A DNA stretch of 24,000 nt from Gammaproteobacteria bacterium (GTDB lineage Bacteria > Pseudomonadota > Gammaproteobacteria > UBA4575), in the NCBI GenBank assembly GCA_965658595.1, contig CBFHSW010000002.1, forward strand, positions 24,894-48,893, written 5' to 3'. The position numbers were made by a program, and so were the translations under genes. The notes below the pieces were generated by a model. It made no database searches and was not told the DNA's origin. It was given only the letters and a program-made list of their open reading frames with translations. Of the stretch, positions 6,500-14,907 are shown in pieces; within the stretch, counting starts at the first letter, position 1; each line of letters starts with the position of its first letter.

Positions 6500-6522
6500 A
6501 AGTCAGCCGCTGACTTTGTTTT
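6500..6522 (+). terminator. Orphan plus-strand intrinsic terminator
   Basis: AAGTCAG-CCG-CTGACTT followed by TGTTTT on the plus strand. On the minus strand no U-run follows, so it is oriented against the flanking dsbA and c5 genes. No listed plus-strand ORF ends here. Confidence 0.5.
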
Positions 6523-6583
6523 AGATATCAGCCCAGAGTATGCCCGTTGTGATGTTACTACGGAGACAATTAGGTGCTGAAGA

Positions 6584-7204
6584 TTATTCAGCCGTCAGCT
6601 GTTCGATGATCTCTATCATTTGATCATAACCACCTGCCGAGTTACCTGTGATTCTGTATTCACCATTAACGATGACTGCGGGAACGCCACGAATTTGGTA
6701 CTTACGTATTAGATCTTTAGCCTGAGTAATTTTGGTCTCAACCGCAAAAGAGTGAAACGCCTCTCTAAACTGTGCCTCATCAATGTCATTAGTCGCTAGA
6801 AAACGAGCCATAGAATCAAGGTTTGCTAATGCTCTACCCTGTTCGTGCATACCATCAAACAATAATTCATGACCGCGCTCTAAATCACCCATCATTTCTA
6901 ATGCATAAAATGCACGTGCATGTTGTTCCCATCGAGGATTAAAGATGGCAGGAATTCTGATCAAATTAACGTCATCAGCTTTTTCTTCACTCCACATCTG
7001 TATATGCGGCTCAAATTCAAAACAATGAGGACAACCGTACCAAAACAGCTCAACCACTTCATGACGTGCTTCAACATCTGAAACTGCTGGAACTTTTGGA
7101 CTAACAGGGACGAAGTGCTTGCCCTCACGGTATTGTCCTGCATGGGCACTCAATGCGATTAACACTGCCGACATGGTAAGCCATAGTATGAACGATTTTC
7201 TCAT
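6584..7204 (-). CDS. dsbA: Thiol:disulfide interchange protein DsbA
   Basis: 206 aa with a signal peptide (…ALSAHA|GQ), the active site WYGCPHCFEFEP and the IRGVPAVIVNG cis-Pro loop. GGGAGA RBS. Confidence 0.95.
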   Translation of the reverse strand: MRKSFILWLTMSAVLIALSAHAGQYREGKHFVPVSPKVPAVSDVEARHEVVELFWYGCPHCFEFEPHIQMWSEEKADDVNLIRIPAIFNPRWEQHARAFYALEMMGDLERGHELLFDGMHEQGRALANLDSMARFLATNDIDEAQFREAFHSFAVETKITQAKDLIRKYQIRGVPAVIVNGEYRITGNSAGGYDQMIEIIEQLTAE

Positions 7205-7272
7205 GATATCTCCCAGCAGAATTGATTTCAGAGTGGTTAGAAAACCACATGCTTCAATAGTTCAAAAATAAT

Positions 7273-7878
7273 TTAGTGTAAACCCGCGATGTACTCTGCA
7301 ACTGCTTGAATCTCAGCATCAGTCATACGTTCAGCAACCTTGACCATTATTTGAGCAGCAGGATAATTTCTTTCCATGCCTCGGTATGCCTTGAGTTGTG
7401 CTGCTGTGTAAGCTGCATGCTGGCCGCTTAGCTTAGGAAACTGTGCAGCAGGGTTGCCTGCACCTGACGGCGAGTGGCATGCCATACATGCTGCGACTTC
7501 TTTTTCTGCTATACCACCGCGATAAATGTCTTGACCCTGCTCTACAAGCTCAGGATCAGCCGCTGATGGAGAGCCCGTAAGACTTGCATAATACGCAGCT
7601 AGATCGTGCATATCCTGCTCACTAAGGCCGGCTGCTTGACCTGCCATTAAAGCATTTTGACGAGTACCATCTTTGAACATCATTAACTGTGAATAGACAT
7701 AGGGTGCACCTTGTCCAGCCAGTTTTGGCCAAGCTGGATTCATGCTATTTCCATCCGCTCCGTGACAGGCCGCACATGCAGCAGATTTGCTCTTACCGGC
7801 TTCAACATCACCACCGGCCCATAGTGTTTGGCCCATCAAAACACACCATAAAATCAACAATTGGATAGAAATCTTCAT
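7273..7878 (-). CDS. cc4: Diheme cytochrome c4
   Basis: 201 aa with a signal peptide and two CXXCH motifs (CAACHG, CMACHS), each with a downstream Met-containing segment. The dsbA-cc4 / engB / polA neighbourhood is typical. Confidence 0.9.
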   Translation of the reverse strand: MKISIQLLILWCVLMGQTLWAGGDVEAGKSKSAACAACHGADGNSMNPAWPKLAGQGAPYVYSQLMMFKDGTRQNALMAGQAAGLSEQDMHDLAAYYASLTGSPSAADPELVEQGQDIYRGGIAEKEVAACMACHSPSGAGNPAAQFPKLSGQHAAYTAAQLKAYRGMERNYPAAQIMVKVAERMTDAEIQAVAEYIAGLH

Positions 7879-8111
7879 TTAACCTTCCTACATTACATAA
7901 TCTATTTGGTTCACCTGTCGCACAGTGGCAACAGAACTTAAGGGCGCTTTATATCATAAAAGTGCATGTCTGTCGTAGCATCATTCACAATCAAATCTGT
8001 ACTATGATAGCCAATCTCGCAGCGGAATCGGGCCTAGCCTAGGTTTAAGTCTCGAGCTTTTACCTGTAAACCCAAGCTAACGGCCTAAACTACATACATT
8101 CAGAATAATTT

Positions 8112-8717
8112 ATGGATATAAAACAATCACTTACAAAATCAGAGTTTGTCACTAGTGCGGCATCACCGGCTTCTTTGCCTAAAGATACTGGCATTGAGAT
8201 TGCTTTTGCGGGTCGTTCAAATGCAGGCAAGTCCAGCACTATTAATAAGCTCTGCGGACAAAAACAATTAGCCAGGGCCTCAAAAACGCCTGGGCGTACC
8301 CAACTGATCAATTTTTTTACGCTTGGACAGAACGCAATGCTGGTGGATTTACCTGGCTATGGCTACGCCAAGGCAAGCCAGTCTAAACAGCGACAGTGGA
8401 TTGAGTTATTAGAATATTACTTCAGTCATAGAGTGGCGCTCAAAGGTACAGTGATTGTCATGGATATACGTCATCCATTGCAAGAAGCGGATCAAAACAT
8501 GATTGACTGGTGCTTACATCACGGATCCAAAGTGCATATTTTACTCAACAAGGCCGATAAGTTGAGTCGCAATAAAGGTATGCAACAATACCATACCACT
8601 CGCAAGGCGCTCGCTGATCAACAACTAGAGCACGTCAGCCTGCAATTGTTTTCAGCCGCGAATGGCTCAGGAAGTAACGAAGTACTTAGCACATTATCTG
8701 AGTGGATGGGTGCATAA
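8112..8717 (+). CDS. engB: Ribosome biogenesis GTP-binding protein YihA/YsxC
   Basis: 201 aa with IAFAGRSNAGKSSTIN (G1), TPGRTQ (G2), DLPGYGY (G3) and LNKADK (G4). Collinear with E. coli EngB. Confidence 0.95.
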   Translation: MDIKQSLTKSEFVTSAASPASLPKDTGIEIAFAGRSNAGKSSTINKLCGQKQLARASKTPGRTQLINFFTLGQNAMLVDLPGYGYAKASQSKQRQWIELLEYYFSHRVALKGTVIVMDIRHPLQEADQNMIDWCLHHGSKVHILLNKADKLSRNKGMQQYHTTRKALADQQLEHVSLQLFSAANGSGSNEVLSTLSEWMGA

Positions 8718-8792
8718 CAGCGCTTTGGGTATTGTGTGAAGGCGGGTATTAGTATTGAGTGAAGCTTCACTGACCATTCAAGATAAGTATGA

Positions 8793-8845
8793 CAAAAGAA
8801 TGAAATCAGACTGGAAATTCTCCAGTCTGATTCATACTTTCTTTC
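8793..8845. terminator. Bidirectional intrinsic terminator in the engB-polA spacer
   Basis: AATCAGACTGGA (8804-8815) pairs with TCCAGTCTGATT (8821-8832) across a 5-nt loop. It is followed by TACTTTCTTTC on the plus strand and TTCTTTTG on the minus strand. Confidence 0.7.
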
Positions 8846-8898
8846 AATGAAAAACAGCTTCAATCAGGAGTAAATGAATACACACTATTAAGTGTACA
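8794..8898 (-). ncRNA. Candidate about 105-nt trans-acting sRNA (positional analogue of Spot 42 / ErsA)
   Basis: Bounded by a sigmaE-like promoter (8905-8931) and the 8801-8834 terminator with its U-run. It contains a 5' hairpin ACACT-TAAT-AGTGT, a U-rich single-stranded stretch, a CUCCU anti-SD motif and two AUUGAA repeats. No ORF. I saw no primary-sequence similarity to E. coli Spot 42. Confidence 0.35.
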
Positions 8899-8904
8899 CA
8901 GACT

Positions 8905-8931
8905 TATGACTGAAGAGACTTCAACTAGTTC
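8905..8931 (-). promoter_or_regulatory. SigmaE/AlgU-type promoter candidate
   Basis: The minus strand reads tGAACTA-N16-TCATA, against the consensus GGAACTT-N16-TCAAA (E. coli) and GAACTT-N16/17-TCTGA (AlgU). It lies 66 nt downstream of the polA stop. Confidence 0.35.
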
Positions 8932-8996
8932 AGTTTGATTTGCTCGCTCATCTAATATTGGAATACCCCAGCATCACCGCTACCTCGCTGACCTGA

Positions 8997-11744
8997 TCAG
9001 TGGGCTTGATCCCAGTTCTCACCGGTATTAGCATCCACCTCTAGCGGCACATCCAGCTCAGCTGCAGATACCATATATTCAACAATCTTCGCTCTGTCAG
9101 TCTCTAATTGATCCTGATGACATTCAAATACTAACTCATCATGCACTTGCATAATCATGCGTGTACTGGTTTGTTTGTTAGTTTGAGAGTCTGTTAACCA
9201 TGCGTCAATTGAACCCATAGCTTGTTTAATAATATCAGCCGCAGTGCCCTGCATGGGTGCGTTGATAGCGGTACGTTCAGCATACTGTCGACGTTGAGCA
9301 TTACGCGAATTAATCTCAGGCAAATACAATCTTCTACCCAACAGTGTTTCCACATAGCCTTGTTCATGAGCGAGTTCACGTGTTTCATCCATGTAAGCTC
9401 TTACCCCTGGATAACGTTCAAAATATACATCTACATAGGATTGCGCCTGATGACGACCAATCCCCAATTGCTTAGCTAATCCAAAGGCGGACATACCATA
9501 GATCAAACCAAAGTTAATGGCTTTTGCGGCACGGCGCTGCTCTTTATCGACCTTTTCAACGGTCACATCAAACACTTCAGCCGCAGTCGCACTATGCACA
9601 TCTTCACCTCTCTCAAACGCTATCATCAAACGTTCATCTTGAGATAAATGCGCCATGATTCTCAATTCAATCTGCGAATAATCCGCTGCTAAAATGACAC
9701 TGTCAGCCGGCGCTACAAAAGCCTGACGAATTCGTCTACCTTCTTCTGTACGCACTGGTATATTTTGCAAATTAGGGTCACTAGAAGAAAGTCGGCCTGT
9801 GGAGGTCACCGCTTGATGATAAGACGTGTGCACGCGCCCAGTATCCGCACAGATTTGTTTGGGAAGTTTATCTACATAGGTACTTTGTAGCTTCTTTAAA
9901 GAGCGATAGTTTAAAATCAACTCTGGAAACTCATAGTCATGAGCGAGCTCTTGCAACACATCCTCCGCTGTTGATGGTTGCCCTTTAGGTGTTTTACGAA
10001 TTGCCGGCAACTCTAACTGTTCAAATAATATGTGTTGTAACTGCTTCGGTGAATCTAAATTAAACTCTTGGCCGATGGATTCAAAAGCCTGTTGTTGCAA
10101 AGCATTAATTTTTTGCGACAGTTGTTGGCCTTGCTCGGCCAAAGAAGCCCTGTCTATGTAGACACCTATACGCTCTAAACGAGACAAGACTGACAATAAA
10201 GGAATCTCTATTTGTTGGTAGAGTTTATATTGCTTATCTTGCTTTGCTAGCTGCGGATGTAAAATCTCATGCAATTGCAAGCACATGTCTGCATCTTCCG
10301 CGGCATAGTCCAGCGCTATGTCCAGTGCCACTTGATTAAAGGTAATCTGTTGAGCCCCTTTACCTGCCACCTCTTCAAACTTAATATTCTTATGATCTAA
10401 ATGCAATGAACATAGCGTGTCTAAATCATGGCGACTGGCTGTTGAGTCCAACACATATGATTCCAACATAGTGTCGTGCTGTATGCCTCTCAAAGTAACT
10501 CCCACTCGAGCCAGCACTGACATATCATATTTTAAGTTATGGCCTACCTTGGCGTATTGATCACTTTCTAAAATAGGTGACAGTTGTTCCAACACATAGG
10601 ACAAGCTGAGTTGTTCAGGTGCGCCCACATAATCATGCGCAATGGGTAAATAAGCTGCTTCATCAGCCTGCACAGCGAATGACAGTCCGACCAAATTGGC
10701 CTGCATGTAATCAAGATTGTCGGTCTCAGTGTCAAAGGCAAATAATTGCGCACTTTTTAATTTGTTAATCCATGCTTGCAACTCTTGCTCGGTCATGATG
10801 AGCTGATAATTCTTTTCAATCGTAGCGGTTTTAGCAACAGCAGGCTCAACACCAGCGCTTGCCGATGTTGATAACTGAGCTTGGTTATCGTTTAGCTCCT
10901 CTAACCATGATTTGAAATTTAAATCAGTATAGAGTCGCTGCAACGTCTTTTTATCATTTTCAGCAACAAACAAATCCTCCAGCTGAACATCTAGCGCACA
11001 GTCCTCTTTAATAGTAGCTAATTCGTATGACATCGGTAGATCATCAATAGCCGCTCTTAATTTGTCACCAATTTTGCCTTTAACCTCAGCAGCATGCTCG
11101 ATGACACCTTGCATAGTGTGATACTGATTCAACCATTTCACCGCAGTCTTAGGGCCCACTCCAGGCACCCCAGGAATGTTATCCGACTTATCACCCATTA
11201 ATGCTAAGTAATCAATTATCTGGCAAGGTTCTACTCCAAATTTTTCCTGTACGCCTTGAGCATTCATACGTGATTCATTCATGGTGTTGATAAGACTAAT
11301 ATCGTCATCCACTAATTGCGCCATATCCTTATCACCGGTTGAGATAAGCACCTTATAATCTTGTGTGACTGCATGTTTTGCCAGAGTGCCAATGACGTCA
11401 TCTGCTTCTACTCCTGGAATTGAAATCAATGGAATACCAAGAGCTTTTATACACGCATGCAGAGGTTCAATCTGACAGCGCAGATCATCAGGCATAGGGG
11501 GTCGATGCGCTTTGTATTCAGAAAAAATTTCATGCCTAAAGGTCTTGCCTTTAGCGTCAAAAATCACTGCCACACGAGTCGGCTGTTCCTCATCGATGAG
11601 TTTGCGCACCATTCTCAATACACCAAAGGTAGCACCCGTCGGCTGACCTGACTGATTAGTCAATGGCGGCAAGGCATGAAAAGCTCGATATAAATAAGAT
11701 GATCCGTCGATTAATACTAATAAAGGTTTTTCTGACATGGGCAT
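8997..11744 (-). CDS. polA: DNA polymerase I
   Basis: 915 aa with a 5'-3' exonuclease N-terminus (LIDGSSYLYRAFHA), a 3'-5' exonuclease domain (FAFDTETD) and polymerase motifs (DYSQIELRIMAH, RRAAKAINFGLIYG, QVHDELVFE). Confidence 0.98.
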   Translation of the reverse strand: MPMSEKPLLVLIDGSSYLYRAFHALPPLTNQSGQPTGATFGVLRMVRKLIDEEQPTRVAVIFDAKGKTFRHEIFSEYKAHRPPMPDDLRCQIEPLHACIKALGIPLISIPGVEADDVIGTLAKHAVTQDYKVLISTGDKDMAQLVDDDISLINTMNESRMNAQGVQEKFGVEPCQIIDYLALMGDKSDNIPGVPGVGPKTAVKWLNQYHTMQGVIEHAAEVKGKIGDKLRAAIDDLPMSYELATIKEDCALDVQLEDLFVAENDKKTLQRLYTDLNFKSWLEELNDNQAQLSTSASAGVEPAVAKTATIEKNYQLIMTEQELQAWINKLKSAQLFAFDTETDNLDYMQANLVGLSFAVQADEAAYLPIAHDYVGAPEQLSLSYVLEQLSPILESDQYAKVGHNLKYDMSVLARVGVTLRGIQHDTMLESYVLDSTASRHDLDTLCSLHLDHKNIKFEEVAGKGAQQITFNQVALDIALDYAAEDADMCLQLHEILHPQLAKQDKQYKLYQQIEIPLLSVLSRLERIGVYIDRASLAEQGQQLSQKINALQQQAFESIGQEFNLDSPKQLQHILFEQLELPAIRKTPKGQPSTAEDVLQELAHDYEFPELILNYRSLKKLQSTYVDKLPKQICADTGRVHTSYHQAVTSTGRLSSSDPNLQNIPVRTEEGRRIRQAFVAPADSVILAADYSQIELRIMAHLSQDERLMIAFERGEDVHSATAAEVFDVTVEKVDKEQRRAAKAINFGLIYGMSAFGLAKQLGIGRHQAQSYVDVYFERYPGVRAYMDETRELAHEQGYVETLLGRRLYLPEINSRNAQRRQYAERTAINAPMQGTAADIIKQAMGSIDAWLTDSQTNKQTSTRMIMQVHDELVFECHQDQLETDRAKIVEYMVSAAELDVPLEVDANTGENWDQAH

Positions 11745-11830
11745 AACAATAGAATTTAAGAATAGGGATGACAGATATTACGTCATGACTGAAACTTATC
11801 ATGTAAACTGCCAGAAGGGAAAATCATGCT

Positions 11831-12556
11831 ATGAATGACAATAAAACCGCCAAAAGATCATCTACAGAAATCAACCAATTGGGCAACTTATCCCGCGAAA
11901 GTTGGAAGATTTTTCAAATCATTGCAGAATTTGTTGAGGGCTTTGAGCGTCTAGCGCAGATCGCACCCTCGGTGAGCATTTTTGGCTCAGCACGTATTGC
12001 ACATGATCACCCTTATTATCAACTCACCGAAGATATAGCCCGCGCACTATCCGACGCAGGCTTTACGATAGTCAGCGGAGGTGGCCCAGGAATTATGGAA
12101 GCAGCCAATAAGGGGGCTTTCGAGGGTAAATCACCCAGTGTAGGCTTGAATATCTTTTTACCGAATGAACAATCAGGAAATAATTACCAGGATATTTCAC
12201 TCAATTTCAGACATTTCTTTTCTCGTAAAGCTATGTTCGTAAAATATGCATCAGCTTACGTAGTACTACCTGGGGGGTTTGGTACCCTAGATGAATTAGC
12301 AGAAATCCTTACCCTGGTACAAACGGGCAAGTCACGTAAGATTCCAATCATTTTAGTAGGGTCTGAATTTTGGCAGGGTTTATTAGACTGGTTCAAATCT
12401 TCCTTACTAGAGACGGGCACCATTTCTGCATCTGACTTAAATTTGATGCAAGTTGTCGATCATCCAGATAGAGTTGTTAATGCTATTTTTGATTATTACG
12501 AAGATCGCTCTTTTGAGCCCTCTACCGAAGAGCAACAAAAACTGTCAGAACTCTAA
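11831..12556 (+). CDS. LOG / TIGR00730-family Rossmann-fold nucleotide-monophosphate nucleosidase-like protein
   Basis: 241 aa with VSGGGPGIMEAANKGA and the PGGFGTLDEL motif characteristic of the LOG (lysine-decarboxylase-like) family. Confidence 0.85.
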   Translation: MNDNKTAKRSSTEINQLGNLSRESWKIFQIIAEFVEGFERLAQIAPSVSIFGSARIAHDHPYYQLTEDIARALSDAGFTIVSGGGPGIMEAANKGAFEGKSPSVGLNIFLPNEQSGNNYQDISLNFRHFFSRKAMFVKYASAYVVLPGGFGTLDELAEILTLVQTGKSRKIPIILVGSEFWQGLLDWFKSSLLETGTISASDLNLMQVVDHPDRVVNAIFDYYEDRSFEPSTEEQQKLSEL

Positions 12557-12582
12557 AATCCGCCACCATTCATCAATACTAA

Positions 12583-13089
12583 ATGCTGAACAAACTCATA
12601 CACACTATTGATACTATCAACGAACTCATCGGTCGCAACATTGCCTGGTGTCTGCTCGCTATGGTTGCCATAACATTTCTGAATGTCGTGTTACGTTATG
12701 GTTTTGGTATTGGTTCTATTGCAGCTCAGGAAAGTGTTATCTATTTGCATGCTTTTGTATTTATGTTGGGATTAGCTTATACCTATAAGCATGACGCACA
12801 TGTACGCGTAGATGTTTTTTATGCGAATTTTTCTGCCCGTCAAAAAGCTTATGTGGATTTACTGGGAACGTTAATTTTATTACTGCCTTTTTGTTTTTAC
12901 CTCGCTTTTAGTAGCTGGGATTACACACATAACTCTTGGAAACTATTGGAAGGCTCAGCAGAAGCAGGTGGTCTACCCCTAGTTTATATTCTCAAGACAT
13001 TGATACCCATCATGCCATTACTACTAGCACTACAAGCATTCTCCGTCGTACTCACCAGCATTCAAACTATCACCAAACAGTATCCATAA
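12583..13089 (+). CDS. TRAP transporter small permease (DctQ-like, 4 TM)
   Basis: 168-aa hydrophobic ORF ending 3 nt before the large permease. It has the typical DctQ-family organisation and belongs to the FcbT2-like (COG4665-type) group, judged from its partners. Confidence 0.85.
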   Translation: MLNKLIHTIDTINELIGRNIAWCLLAMVAITFLNVVLRYGFGIGSIAAQESVIYLHAFVFMLGLAYTYKHDAHVRVDVFYANFSARQKAYVDLLGTLILLLPFCFYLAFSSWDYTHNSWKLLEGSAEAGGLPLVYILKTLIPIMPLLLALQAFSVVLTSIQTITKQYP

Positions 13090-13092
13090 CAT

Positions 13093-14463
13093 ATGTCTCT
13101 AATCGCTTTATTAATGTTCTTAGTGGTTATCTGCATCCTGATGACGGGCTATCCAGTCGCCTTCACATTAGCTGGAGTCTCTTTATTATTTGCACTTATC
13201 GGCACATTCCTGAGTGGTTTTGATAGCGCTTTAATGCACGCCTTACCGAGCCGTCTATTTGGCATCATGACCAATGAAACATTAGTGGCAGTGCCTTTGT
13301 TTGTATTTATGGGAGTTACATTAGAACGCTCTAAAATTGCTGAACAATTATTAGAAGCCATGGGTGAAATGTTTGGCGCTATTCGCGGTGGGCTAGCTTA
13401 TTCTGTAGTCATAGTCGGCATGTTACTAGCTGCGAGCACGGGCATAGTTGGAGCCACCGTCGTCACCATGGGATTGTTATCTTTACCAACCATGCTGAAA
13501 AGGAATTATGACCCAGCGCTATCGAGCGGAATAATTTGTGCCTCAGGCACGCTCGGCCAAATCATTCCACCTTCTATTATTTTGGTTTTATTGGGTGACG
13601 TGATTTCCACCGCTTATCAACAATCACAATTAGACCAAGGTATTTTTTCACCTAGCACCGTCTCTGTCAGTGATCTTTTTGCCGGAGCTTTGATTCCAGG
13701 CTTACTATTAGTATCGCTGTATATTCTGTACATATTTTTCATCTCTATCCGCAGCCCTGAACGCATGCCTGCTTTACAAGTCACTCAGTCAGGCTCGCAA
13801 CTAGGATGGCGAGTGCTGCGTGCATTAGTGCCACCTATCAGCCTCATCTTTGCAGTGCTCGGATCGATTATTGGTGGCTTAGCCACACCTACAGAGGCTT
13901 CATCCGTAGGGGCAGCAGGCGCTCTAATGTTGGCAGCTATTAATAAACAATTAGATTTAGAGTGTCTTAAATATGTAGTGCGGCGTACCACTCATGTGAC
14001 CTGCATGGTATTCGCCATCTTCATAGGTGCGTCTTTATTCTCATTGGTATTCCGCGCGTATGGTGGTGACGAAGCTGTGCATAATTTCCTCACACAATTA
14101 CCAGGTGGATTGTTCACTGCATTGGTAATAGTGATGGCATTGATGTTTGTATTGGGTTTTGTGCTCGACTTCATAGAGATCACTTTTGTAGTAGTCCCTA
14201 TCGTAGGCCCAATACTACTGAGCATGGGAGTTGACCCCATTTGGCTGGGTATTATGATCGCACTTAATTTGCAGACCTCATTTTTAACACCACCATTTGG
14301 CTTTGCGTTATTTTATCTGCGTGGAGTAGCACCCACCAACATCACTACACAGCACATCTATAAAGGTGTGCTGCCGTTCATTGGCATTCAGCTGGGCGTC
14401 TTGATAATAGTCGCCAAATGGCCAGAGTTGACCACTTGGCTACCAAAAATTCTCAATAATTAA
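13093..14463 (+). CDS. TRAP transporter large permease (DctM-like)
   Basis: 456-aa polytopic membrane protein with DctM-family blocks (FMGVTLERS, ASGTLGQIIPPSI, LTPPFGFALFYLRG). Confidence 0.9.
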   Translation: MSLIALLMFLVVICILMTGYPVAFTLAGVSLLFALIGTFLSGFDSALMHALPSRLFGIMTNETLVAVPLFVFMGVTLERSKIAEQLLEAMGEMFGAIRGGLAYSVVIVGMLLAASTGIVGATVVTMGLLSLPTMLKRNYDPALSSGIICASGTLGQIIPPSIILVLLGDVISTAYQQSQLDQGIFSPSTVSVSDLFAGALIPGLLLVSLYILYIFFISIRSPERMPALQVTQSGSQLGWRVLRALVPPISLIFAVLGSIIGGLATPTEASSVGAAGALMLAAINKQLDLECLKYVVRRTTHVTCMVFAIFIGASLFSLVFRAYGGDEAVHNFLTQLPGGLFTALVIVMALMFVLGFVLDFIEITFVVVPIVGPILLSMGVDPIWLGIMIALNLQTSFLTPPFGFALFYLRGVAPTNITTQHIYKGVLPFIGIQLGVLIIVAKWPELTTWLPKILNN

Positions 14464-14498
14464 ACTATCGATTAAAACAATAACCGTCTAGAAATTAT

Positions 14499-14738
14499 TT
14501 ATTGGTATGGCGAAACTGTTGGAACAAGTTGCAAATATCCCACCACAACTAAAATTAGATAAATTGCGCCAATACCAAATGTAATACCTCGTTTAGTGCC
14601 TGTGCTGCCATCATTATTTTTGATCGCTTGAGACATGATCACTAAAGCTACAAATGCGTTAACTAGGAAGAAACCCTGTGTACTCCACTCTTTGGCGTCC
14701 CACATCATTTTCCATTTATCGTACAAATCACCGTCCAT
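14499..14738 (-). CDS. Small hypothetical membrane protein (two predicted TM helices)
   Basis: 79 aa with an AGGAGA RBS 5 nt upstream of the ATG and two hydrophobic spans (GFFLVNAFVALVIMSQAI, ITFGIGAIYLILVVVGYLQLV). I recognise no family. Confidence 0.5.
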   Translation of the reverse strand: MDGDLYDKWKMMWDAKEWSTQGFFLVNAFVALVIMSQAIKNNDGSTGTKRGITFGIGAIYLILVVVGYLQLVPTVSPYQ

Positions 14739-14907
14739 TATTTCTCCTCTGATACATTCGGATAGTTTGATCTCTATTAGTGAGATCTTTAGTTATTTAT
14801 TTTTTGGCGAGTATATCAGCCGCTCAAAAAAAATTCTTTTTTATAAATTTATTCGCCAGCATACTTAAAAATTCATCTTAATATCATTTTAATTCAGTGG
14901 CTTACGA

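Noticed and set aside
7943-7975. GAACTT...TCATA sigmaE-like pair on the plus strand upstream of engB, and a TGGCAA sigma54-like motif just before it
   Set aside because: The spacer is only 14 nt where 16 +/- 1 is needed, and the sigma54-like motif lacks the -12 TTGC element.
8618-8863. 81-aa minus-strand ORF spanning the engB 3' end and the terminator hairpin
   Set aside because: It overlaps conserved engB codons antisense and reads through a 12-bp terminator stem. The region is better explained by the terminator and the sRNA candidate.
8794-8996. Direct homology to E. coli Spot 42 (spf)
   Set aside because: I compared the minus-strand spacer by eye with the Spot 42 sequence (GUAGGGUACAGAGGUAAGAUGUUCUAUCUUUCAGACC...) and found no shared blocks. 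Only position, size and architecture are analogous, so I do not call it spf.
13149-14240. Several 68-82-aa minus-strand ORFs inside the TRAP large permease gene. Comparable antisense ORFs lie inside polA, uvrD, ubiB, ubiE, hslU and hslV (for example 9222-9479, 16497-16697, 18881-19201, 20754-21095, 22105-22401, 23101-23367).
   Set aside because: All are fully nested antisense or out of frame within strongly conserved genes, and none has an RBS or a recognisable motif.
14739-14907. TGGCGA...TCGCCA inverted repeat with a 47-nt AT-rich loop, plus A/T homopolymer runs, between the TRAP SBP gene and the small ORF; considered as a terminator or a REP-like element
   Set aside because: The stem is only 6 bp with a very long loop, and the A/T runs are low complexity. 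No second copy occurs elsewhere in the window, so it cannot be supported as a repeat family or a terminator.
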